Origin: Candidatus Methanoperedens sp.
GTDB taxonomy: Archaea; Halobacteriota; Methanosarcinia; Methanosarcinales; Methanoperedenaceae
Assembly: GCA_027460535.1 (NCBI GenBank)
Contig: JAPZAR010000036.1
Location: forward strand, 30,001 to 62,000
Length of the DNA: 32,000 nucleotides
Reading direction: 5' to 3'
Shown here: in pieces, positions 1 to 7,429 of the stretch
How positions within the stretch are numbered: position 1 is the stretch's first letter
How the letters are laid out: the number at the start of each line of letters is the position of its first letter
Notes under the pieces: generated by a model
The model's input: only the letters and a program-made list of their open reading frames with translations
The model's database searches: none
Told to the model about the DNA's origin: nothing
Made by a program: the position numbers and the translations under genes

Positions 1-1019
1 TTGTCGCTGTAATAGTACAGATAAATGCCTCCATAGTTGCTCAAAATATTGTTGTTACTCAATATGTTGTTGCTGGAAGACCACAAAGAAATGCCGTCAC
101 CGTTATTCAATACATTGTTGTTGCTTCTCAGCATGTTGTTGCTGGAAGAATACAGAAAAATGCCATTATAAAATTTATTGGCATTCAAATCCTTGATTGT
201 GACTTCACTTCTTCCCGAAAGATAAACACCATTACCCGTACCACTTCCTGTTATTGTGTGCCCATTGCCATCAAGGGTTATGCTATCATTATCTATTTGG
301 ATGTTGGAAGTCATATCCGTTGTCAGTGTGCAGGTCTTTGAGCTTATATTCCAAGTACCTATTAAGATACAGTCACCACCAGTTGCATTATCCTGAATAA
401 ATATTGTACTGGGGAGCATATCGGCGGGACTGATAGCGAGAGTATTGAGGTTATTTAACTTGCCTGTCTCAGGCTGAATGAAAACAAAATGCGGCTTTGA
501 AAGCTCCTGAGTATAAGTATAATTTCCATTACTATCTGTTTGGAAGGATAAAAAGTTATGGTAATTATCCTCGTATTTGTTGTATGTAGTTAGTGGGACA
601 AAACCACCCAGAGTTATCTTTGCTGCCAGGGGGCCAGAAGCTGATTCAAACTTAATTGTAACCATTTTCGGGGCTGACTCAAGAATTATATTAATGGTCT
701 CTGAGCTGTCCAGGGTTATGTTTAAATAATTGCTGTCATTAATTTCAAAATGCATGCCTTTAGCCTCAAGTCTTCCCGGAGATTTAAGCATGTCCTGATA
801 TCTGGAACCCGCTATATGGTCTGATGCTAGAATGGTGAGACCATCTGTTCCAGCAACTCCAAAACTTGGAGTTATTTCTGTGAATTTCGGTACTGCTGCA
901 CTTGCCGACCCTGCCATTATCCCTAAGAACAGCAGAATGACCGCTATAGGGATATTTTCAACAGCTTTTTTTACCTTTGTACAGAAACTCTGGCCTTTTA
1001 AGCCTTCAATTTTATCCAT
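1..1019 (-). CDS. Secreted right-handed beta-helix (PbH1/NosD-like) repeat protein, N-terminal part; the gene continues beyond the window start
   Basis: Manual minus-strand translation from the ATG at 1019-1017 is open to position 1: MDKIEGLKGQSFCTKVKKAVENIPIAVILLFLGIMAGSASAAVPKF... It then reaches repeats such as GIFLYSSSNNMLRSNNNVLNNGDGISLWSSSNNILSNNNI. It has a hydrophobic signal/anchor and an SD-like GGGTGAT upstream. It is missing from the ORF track, presumably because it is open at the window edge. Confidence 0.6.
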   Translation of the reverse strand, partial: MDKIEGLKGQSFCTKVKKAVENIPIAVILLFLGIMAGSASAAVPKFTEITPSFGVAGTDGLTILASDHIAGSRYQDMLKSPGRLEAKGMHFEINDSNYLNITLDSSETINIILESAPKMVTIKFESASGPLAAKITLGGFVPLTTYNKYEDNYHNFLSFQTDSNGNYTYTQELSKPHFVFIQPETGKLNNLNTLAISPADMLPSTIFIQDNATGGDCILIGTWNISSKTCTLTTDMTSNIQIDNDSITLDGNGHTITGSGTGNGVYLSGRSEVTIKDLNANKFYNGIFLYSSSNNMLRSNNNVLNNGDGISLWSSSNNILSNNNILSNYGGIYLYYYSD

Positions 1020-1138
1020 AATATCACCCTTATTTACCTGTATTTGATTAAAGTTTAGAGTATATTATTTGCATATAATAATTGTTACCCAGAAACCGGA
1101 ACAAATGGGATTATGTTACGGAAATGGAGTAACAAATT
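1020..1138 (-). promoter_or_regulatory. Conserved promoter cassette, copy a (tandem GTTAC/GTAAC dyads plus a TATA-like box), upstream of gene 1-1019
   Basis: Plus strand reads gttacccagaaaccggaacaaatgggattatgttacggaaatggagtaacaaa. Adjacent sequence is ttgcatataataatt, which is ATTATTATATGCAA on the minus strand. Four other copies exist in the window. Confidence 0.55.
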
Positions 1139-1370
1139 AGTTTCTCCAAAAAAGCGGTATGTATGGGCTTATCATCTGGTCCCGAATTGCCAATTTACTT
1201 TCGTATTTTATTTATTCCTTCAATTCTCTCAAGCCAGGAATTTCCTCTTTTTGATACTATGGTACTTTGCGAAAAGTATTAGAAATTATAAAACATTCAT
1301 CTGCTTGCGAAAATTGCAGATTTTATGAAACCTGACAGAAATGGAAGAATTATTGAAGAAACAGAAGGAT

Positions 1371-1754
1371 TTACCCCTTTTCGCTTGAACAATTGAGCAA
1401 TCTTTCTCTAAATTGAATATACCGTACAAGTTCATCCATATCAAAAACTATATGCATTTTCTTCATATAATCTGGCATATCATTTGATATGGGTATAACA
1501 TCACCATCTTCTGTAAACGTTTTGTTTAACATATCTTCATTACCAAATATCAGTACGGGGAAATACATAACACAAAATTTTCTCTTCATATCGTGATAAA
1601 TAAAAGTGTTAGGAAATTGAACCACAAATTTGCATTTCTGGCAGTGAAATATATAGATGCGTCCCTGAAATAGTTCTTCTTTTAATTCTGGATTAAGAGT
1701 TATATTCAGGGAATTCCAAATAGTTATTTTTACCTTTTCCCCACATTGGGGCAT
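1371..1754 (-). CDS. CpXC-type zinc-ribbon protein, copy 1, N-terminally damaged (possible pseudogene)
   Basis: The 127 aa ORF keeps the second motif, CQKC. Compared with copy 2, the ancestral start is ATT (1783-1781) instead of ATG. A 1-nt deletion in a T run near 1746 turns KCPKCGEK into MPQCGEK and removes the first Cys. Overall architecture is CPxC...CxxC with a length of about 130 aa, as in the CpXC domain family. Confidence 0.5.
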   Translation of the reverse strand: MPQCGEKVKITIWNSLNITLNPELKEELFQGRIYIFHCQKCKFVVQFPNTFIYHDMKRKFCVMYFPVLIFGNEDMLNKTFTEDGDVIPISNDMPDYMKKMHIVFDMDELVRYIQFRERLLNCSSEKG

Positions 1755-2687
1755 TTTAGATCCAGATTTTTAGAGTCGGTAATTTTGTTACAAAAGAGAA
1801 TATTTTTCGTATTTACAGATTCGCTAATTTTTTTAGCAATTTCCATATGTGCATTCCAGGCATCTAGTTACCTACAGGCTCTCAGGGAAGCAGGTGAAAA
1901 GCATCACGAAAATGCAGGTGGATCCCGAGAATTATCTGCTGTAGCAGCAGGGCATACTATGGTGATCAAGGAAAGGCATTATGAGAAGGTAAGGGAGGAT
2001 TTTGAGCAGATGCATGAGAGTTACAGGAGGTTTGATCCTGCTTTTGGGAGCATTGGTAATAATATGGGTTAAATAACATTCAGCAGTATAATCATTATCT
2101 AAAATATTCAGCAAAATACTATACATCTATCAGGTTTATATCCGAAGTATGAGAAGTTACCGACTTATTATATAGCACCACCTCACGCAATACTTATTTA
2201 TTAAAAAGGTTATAACTAAAATAGTTATTAATCTTAAGAAAAAGGCTTCTGTTATCAAAAGCATTTTTACTGGAGCTTTACAACATACAACTTATCCCTA
2301 TTGAAAGGATTTCTGTTATCAAAATCTTAGAGACTATCTGGAAGATATTAGTAATCATAGATTTAATTATCTTTGTAATTTTAATTGTTTATGCGCTTTT
2401 ATATAATTTTGAAGGTTTTTTGGACTGGCTTCTTTGTGTAATTATTTTTATTATATTAGCTACCATTGCTACAAAATTTGTAAAAGAAGAGTGCAATTCA
2501 TGATACTAAGGCCGAAGGTATAATGAGTTACAATAATCTCGCTCATATGCGCGCCTGAATTTCAGCATTTCATGAGGATTACTTCTGTTTTCAATTCAGG
2601 TGCAGGTGCAAGTAGCGTCTATAGACACCCAATATCTTGGTCAATATGCGTGTTTCAGAGAAAGCTTTTAACGTGCTCTGCTTTGCT

Positions 2688-3044
2688 TTAATGAAGCATA
2701 TTGCCTCTTACCACTGCTGCATTTCTTGCATCCTTGAGTTCCTCGGCTATTTCCAGAGCCTTCTTGAAGTATGCCAGCGCGTGCCCAAGGTTCTCCCATT
2801 GCTTGTACACGCTTCCAATGTTGTTCAGGTCTATTGCCTTTCCTATGTGGTCTTTTTGTTCTTCATCCACAGAAAGTGCCTCGATGAAATAATTAAAGGC
2901 TTCATCCAGCTTGCCAAGATAAAGTGCTTCCTTACCCAGAGCGCGCAGGATACTGGCATTTTTTACAGCTTTTCCTCTGGCTTTTGAATATTGCTCAACC
3001 TGCATCTCGCATATTGAAACCGACAAATTCTGGGCTACTCTCAT
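2688..3044 (-). CDS. Small cytoplasmic TPR-repeat protein
   Basis: 118 aa ORF with TPR-like helical pairs: ALYLGKLDEAFNYFIEALSV and IGSVYKQWENLGHALAYFKKALEIAEE. No signal peptide. Confidence 0.6.
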   Translation of the reverse strand: MRVAQNLSVSICEMQVEQYSKARGKAVKNASILRALGKEALYLGKLDEAFNYFIEALSVDEEQKDHIGKAIDLNNIGSVYKQWENLGHALAYFKKALEIAEELKDARNAAVVRGNMLH

Positions 3045-3112
3045 AGATAATCCTTAGTTCGTGCAAAAATCGTTCTCGGATACAGCCTGCCTTCAAGCTA
3101 TCCCAGGACACT

Positions 3113-3463
3113 TCAATTAGAAAAGGGATTATATCCAGAACTATACATACTCGCTACCATTAGTGCGATTAAACCAGGCCACATTTTGGCCTTCCATGCA
3201 AAACCGATGAAATATAAACCGAAGAATGATCCGAGCAATAAGCCTGCTATGCCCAGCACCAGAGAATGAACAAAAACAAATGTCTCCGTTGGTATGCTAT
3301 CAATTGCATCAAGTGTAGTTATTTCAGTCCCAGTGGGTATGCTATCAACTGCATTAAGTGTAGTTATTTCAGTCCCTGCAAATAATCTTGCCAAAGGCAA
3401 TGCAACAACATAAGTCAATATCCACAACACGGTTGTTCCTATAATTAAACCTAATATATCCAT
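3113..3463 (-). CDS. Small membrane protein with an internal 15-aa tandem duplication
   Basis: 116 aa ORF with hydrophobic N- and C-terminal segments flanking GTEITTLNAVDSIPT/GTEITTLDAIDSIPT. The start lies 2 nt after the stop of a 16-codon leader ORF (3466-3516). Confidence 0.55.
   Translation of the reverse strand: MDILGLIIGTTVLWILTYVVALPLARLFAGTEITTLNAVDSIPTGTEITTLDAIDSIPTETFVFVHSLVLGIAGLLLGSFFGLYFIGFAWKAKMWPGLIALMVASMYSSGYNPFSN
3291..3380. repeat. 45-nt tandem repeat, 2 units, inside CDS 3113-3463
   Basis: Unit ggtatgctatcaattgcatcaagtgtagttatttcagtcccagtg is followed directly by ggtatgctatcaactgcattaagtgtagttatttcagtccctgca. Confidence 0.85.
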
Positions 3464-3516
3464 CTTTATTTCCTATTTGTTTGTCTTATTAATTTTAAGC
3501 CTTCAATTTTATCCAT

Positions 3517-3635
3517 AATATCACCCTTATTTACTTGTATTTGATTAAAGTTTATAGTATATTATTTGCCTATAATAATTGTTACACAGAAACCGGAACA
3601 AATTGGATTTTGTTACGGAAATTGTGTAACAAATC
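3517..3635 (-). promoter_or_regulatory. Conserved promoter cassette, copy b
   Basis: Plus strand reads gttacacagaaaccggaacaaattggattttgttacggaaattgtgtaacaaa, with a TATA-like ataataatt block. It is followed on the minus strand by the conserved ATGGATAAAATTGAAGG. Confidence 0.55.
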
Positions 3636-3975
3636 AGTTTCTCCAAAAAAGCGGTATGTATGGGCTTATCATCTGGTCCCGAATTGCCAATTTACTTTCG
3701 TATTTTATTTATTCCTCCAATTCTCTCAAGCCAGGAATTTCCTCTTTTTGATACTATTGTACATTGCGAAAAGTATTAGAAATTATAAAACATTCATCTG
3801 CTTGTGAAAATTGCAGATTCTATGAAACCTAACAGAAATAGAAGAATAATGAAGAAACAGAAGGATTTACCCCTTTTCGCTTGAACAATTGAACAATCTT
3901 TCTCTAAATTGAATATACCGTACAAGTTCATCCATATCAAAAACTATATGCATTTTCTTCATATAATCTGGCATA

Positions 3976-4281
3976 TCATTTGATATGGGTATAACAATCA
4001 CCATCTTCTGTAAACGTTTTGTTTAACATATCTTCATTACCAAATATCAGTACGGGGAAATACATAACGCAAAATTTTCTCTTCATATCGTGATACATAA
4101 AAGTGTTAGGAAATTGAACCACAAATTTGCATTTCTGGCAGTGAAATATATTGATGCGTCCCTGAAATAGTTCTTCTTTTAATTCTGGATTAAGAGTTAT
4201 ATTCAGGGTATTCCAAATAGTTATGTTTACCTTTTCCCCACATTTGGGGCATTTTAGACCCAGATTTTTAGAGTCGGTCAT
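3976..4281 (-). CDS. CpXC-type zinc-ribbon protein, copy 2, truncated by a frameshift relative to copy 1 (possible pseudogene)
   Basis: The likely start is MTDSKNLGLKCPKCGEK at 4281, and both motifs CPKC and CQKC are intact. One extra A near 3996 (ggtataacaatcacc versus ggtataacatcacc) shifts the frame. The C-terminal ~40 aa seen in copy 1 would continue in another frame to a stop at 3867-3869. Confidence 0.5.
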   Translation of the reverse strand: MTDSKNLGLKCPKCGEKVNITIWNTLNITLNPELKEELFQGRINIFHCQKCKFVVQFPNTFMYHDMKRKFCVMYFPVLIFGNEDMLNKTFTEDGDCYTHIK

Positions 4282-4434
4282 TTTGTTATAAAAGAGAATA
4301 TTTTTCGTATTTATAGATTCGCTAATTTTTTTTTTGCAATTTCCATATGTGCATTCCAGGCATCTAGTTACCTGCAGGCTCTCAGGGAAGCAGGTGAAAA
4401 GCATCACGATAATGCAGGTGGATCCCGGAAATTA

Positions 4435-6069
4435 TCATCCTTTTTTTCTCAATAAATGCGCTATCATGAACAACCCGGCGATTGCAACTATTATTTCAAA
4501 TCCTGGTGTTTTTTGCAACTTCGATGCTTCATCATAGGCTTTAGTTGCTTCATCGTTTCTTCCCAGTTTCCCAAGAGCATCTCCTTTGTTATTCCACGCT
4601 TGAGCATACTGTGGATTAATCTTCAAGGCTTCATCATAGGCTTTAATTGCTTCATCGTTTCTTCCAAGAGTCTCAAGAGCAACTCCTTTGTTATTCCACA
4701 CTTGAGCATACTGTGGATTAATCTTCAATGCTTCATCATAAGCTTTAATTGCTTCATCGTATCTTCCAAGAATGGAAAGAACAAGTCCTTTATCATGCCA
4801 TGCTTCTGCATATTGTGGATTAATCCTTAAGGCCTCATCTAATGCCTTAACTGCATCTTCGTATTTCCCAAGATTAGAAAGAGCGAATCCTTTTTCATAC
4901 CATGTTTGAGCAATTTGTGGATTAATCTTCAAGGCTTCATCATATGTTTTAATTGCATCCTCATTTCTTCCAAGTTTAACAAGAGCCCATCCTTTGTTAT
5001 ACAATGCTGCATCCAATTGTGGATTGATCTTCAAGGCTTCATCATATGCTTTAATTGCATTTTCGTTGTCCCCAATATCGTTAAGAGCATTTCCTTTATT
5101 ATTCCACGCTTCAGCGAGTTGTGGATTAATCTTCAAGGCTTCATCATAGGCTTTAATTGCTTCATCGTATCTTCCAAGATTCTTAAAAGCAATACCTTTG
5201 TTATTCCACGCATCAGCATCCTGTGGATTAATCTTCAAGATTCCATCATAAGCTTTAATTTTGCTATACCATGCTTCAGCAAGTTGTGGATCAATCTTCA
5301 ATGCTTCATCGTAAGCTTTAATTGCATCATCGTATCTTCCAAGAATGTAAAGAGCACTTCCTTTGTTATTCCACACTTGAGCAAACTTTGGATTAATCTT
5401 CAAGGCTTCATCCCATGCTTTAAATGCTTCATCATTTCTCTTCAGATTGATAAGAGAAAATCCTTTTTCATTCCACGATAGAGCATATTGTGGATTAATC
5501 TTCAATGCTTCATCTAATGCTTTGATTGCATCATCGTATCTTCCAAGATTGTTAAGAACAAAACCTTTGTTATACCATGCTTCAGCGAGTTGTGGATCAA
5601 TCTTCAAGGCATCATCATATGCTTTAAATGCTTCATCGTATCTTCCAAGACTGATAAGAACACTTCCTCTGTTATTCCACGCATCAGCATCCTGTGGATT
5701 AATCTTGATTGCTTCATTCAATGCTTTAAATGCTTCATCGTTTCTTCCAAGACTGTAAAGAGCAGTTCCTTTGTTATACCAGGCTTCAGCATATTGTGGA
5801 TCAATCTTCAATGCTTCATCTAATGCTTTGATTGCATCGTCATTTCTTCCAAGGTCAGAAAGAGTTTTTCCTTTTTTATTCCACGCTTTAGCATCCTGTG
5901 GATTAATCTTTAAAGCTTCATCATAGGCTTTGATTGCTTCTGTGTAATTTCCTGCTTGACCCAATTCAATACCTTCAGCAACCCATTCATCAGCAGTTTT
6001 TGCCTCTACTACTTGGGCCATAAATGAAAAGAATATCAAACAAATAATTAAAATATTTATCCCGCTCAT
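4435..6069 (-). CDS. Extracellular TPR-repeat protein (about 15 units) with signal peptide and PGF-CTERM sorting signal
   Basis: A regular 34-aa/102-nt unit recurs: AIKAYDEALKINPQYAQAWNNKGxALxxLGRNDE. The C-terminus TPGFEIIVAIAGLFMIAHLLRKKG matches the PGF-CTERM pattern (PGF, TM helix, basic tail). I prefer the start at 6069 (MSGINILIICLIFFSFMAQVVEA) because AGGAGGTG lies 7 nt upstream. The ORF track start at 6111 lacks this. Confidence 0.8.
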   Translation of the reverse strand: MSGINILIICLIFFSFMAQVVEAKTADEWVAEGIELGQAGNYTEAIKAYDEALKINPQDAKAWNKKGKTLSDLGRNDDAIKALDEALKIDPQYAEAWYNKGTALYSLGRNDEAFKALNEAIKINPQDADAWNNRGSVLISLGRYDEAFKAYDDALKIDPQLAEAWYNKGFVLNNLGRYDDAIKALDEALKINPQYALSWNEKGFSLINLKRNDEAFKAWDEALKINPKFAQVWNNKGSALYILGRYDDAIKAYDEALKIDPQLAEAWYSKIKAYDGILKINPQDADAWNNKGIAFKNLGRYDEAIKAYDEALKINPQLAEAWNNKGNALNDIGDNENAIKAYDEALKINPQLDAALYNKGWALVKLGRNEDAIKTYDEALKINPQIAQTWYEKGFALSNLGKYEDAVKALDEALRINPQYAEAWHDKGLVLSILGRYDEAIKAYDEALKINPQYAQVWNNKGVALETLGRNDEAIKAYDEALKINPQYAQAWNNKGDALGKLGRNDEATKAYDEASKLQKTPGFEIIVAIAGLFMIAHLLRKKG

Positions 6070-6245
6070 TCTTAACACCTCCTGCTCTCTAAATAATTTC
6101 ACTGCTTTCATATAGTTTTCTCCAAGTTTATTTAAATTGCTGTTTCTTGAATGCCTATCAGTCTATTGAAATTTCTTATCTACATTGAGGCGCAGAAGAT
6201 CGCAAATTCGATGCAATATGCTCTTCTTATACTTCTTGCAGTCTT

Positions 6246-7370
6246 TTATCTTCCAAGAGCATATGCCGCTCCCTCTCGAACACCTTTGTTTTCATCCTTT
6301 AAATCCTGAACAAGAAGCTCGATGACCCTATCACCCCCTATTTCACCGAGGGCATCAGCCGCTTTCCAATGAATATTTAGAAAGACATTATCCTCATCCT
6401 TCAATGCCTCAATAAGTGGCTCTACTGCTCTTGCATCTCTTATCTTACCAAGTTCATCAGCTGCATTCATTCTGATATTGTAGTCTTTATCCCTCAAGAC
6501 CTTAATAAGTGGCTCTACTGCTCTTGCATCCCTTATCTTGCCAAGTGCATCCGTTGCATTCATTCGAACAGGGAGGTCTTGATCCTTCAATGCCTCGATA
6601 AGTGGCTCTACTTCTTTTACATCTTTTATTTCTCCAAGCTCCTCTGCTGCATTCCTTCGAACATTGTAGTCTTCATCCTTCAAAGCCTCAATAATTGGCC
6701 CAACTTCCATTGGCACCTCACTTACATCTGCAATTAGATGACAAGCGACATCTTTATTCTTGATGAGCATTTTTTGTAATTTCATGATATTTGAGATTAT
6801 TTTCTCTGGTTTTTTCTTTAATACCCCCTCACATATACTGAATGCCAGTTCAAACTGGCACGATCGTCTCAGCAAATCAACAATTATAACTTCTTCTACA
6901 CCATCCTGTTCAGCGAACTTTTGATTATTTTCTTTTGCTTTTCGAAATAAAGACACAGCTCTCATTCTGCATTTCTGTGCACTGGTCTCATAATCAGCAT
7001 CATCGCATACCCATGCCGCATGAACACTACTCCATCCTGCTCCCAAATATTCACAGTTGTTTTCTTGAATTAATGAAAAACAAAGAAATGCATTTGCTAA
7101 TTTGGGATATTCCGGGCTGTCTATTTGTTCTTGGTAAGAATCTGTAAATATAACATCTAACGCTTTTTCATTTCCCTCAGATATGTCCGCGGAAGAATAT
7201 CCGCATGATGGGCACATTTGTACCCACATATCAATAGTTGATCGTTCCATTTCAGGGGGCCTTGTATCTAAATCAGGCGAACCAAAGGTAATTGTAGACC
7301 CAATTTCTTTATGTATGCTTGCCTTATTACATGCATAACATTTCTTGGTTATTGCGTGAAATGTAGTCAT
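6246..7370 (-). CDS. Zinc-ribbon (CxxC...CxxC) N-terminal domain protein with C-terminal HEAT/PBS-lyase-type repeats
   Basis: The N-terminus has CYACNK...CPSCGY. The C-terminus has four to five repeats of the type VRxNAAxALGKIxDARAVEPLIxALKDxD. SD GAGGTGAG lies upstream of the ATG. Confidence 0.7.
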   Translation of the reverse strand: MTTFHAITKKCYACNKASIHKEIGSTITFGSPDLDTRPPEMERSTIDMWVQMCPSCGYSSADISEGNEKALDVIFTDSYQEQIDSPEYPKLANAFLCFSLIQENNCEYLGAGWSSVHAAWVCDDADYETSAQKCRMRAVSLFRKAKENNQKFAEQDGVEEVIIVDLLRRSCQFELAFSICEGVLKKKPEKIISNIMKLQKMLIKNKDVACHLIADVSEVPMEVGPIIEALKDEDYNVRRNAAEELGEIKDVKEVEPLIEALKDQDLPVRMNATDALGKIRDARAVEPLIKVLRDKDYNIRMNAADELGKIRDARAVEPLIEALKDEDNVFLNIHWKAADALGEIGGDRVIELLVQDLKDENKGVREGAAYALGR

Positions 7371-7429
7371 ATTTTACTCACCTCACGAATCAATTAACAT
7401 CCCTGCCAAAGCTACCTCTTTGAGCATAA

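Larger units (their letters stand above)
996..1940. repeat. Segmental direct duplication, copy 1 (~940 bp; partner at 3493-4441)
   Basis: Near-identical sequence read by eye. It runs from ttttaagccttcaattttatccataatatcaccc through the CpXC gene to gcaggtggatccc. Only a few substitutions and 1-nt indels separate the copies. Confidence 0.85.
3493..4441. repeat. Segmental direct duplication, copy 2 (partner at 996-1940)
   Basis: See copy 1. The left junction falls inside codon 8 of the beta-helix gene leader, so MDKIEGLK is duplicated. Confidence 0.85.

Noticed and set aside
1113-1328. ORFs 1113-1328, 3535-3807 and 3566-3751 (plus strand) inside the duplicated non-coding stretch and promoter cassette
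   Set aside because: They start inside the conserved dyad/TATA cassette that serves minus-strand genes. They have odd composition (FLF-rich) and lack an SD. Their starts and lengths are not conserved between the two duplicate copies.
2180-2501. An open frame encoding a very hydrophobic ~100-aa peptide (...ILETIWKILVIIDLIIFVILIVYALLYNFEGFLDWLLCVIIFIILATIATKFVKEECNS)
   Set aside because: There is no ATG, GTG or usable TTG start after the upstream in-frame TAG, and no SD. It could be a dead gene, but I cannot support it as a CDS.
4456-5823. Plus-strand ORFs 4456-4830, 4906-5481, 5447-5758 and 5590-5823, which lie antisense to the TPR gene
   Set aside because: They are low-complexity, Cys/Phe/Ile-rich mirror readings of the 102-nt TPR repeat. 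They have no SD or promoter. The minus-strand TPR reading has a clear family signature and both N- and C-terminal sorting signals.
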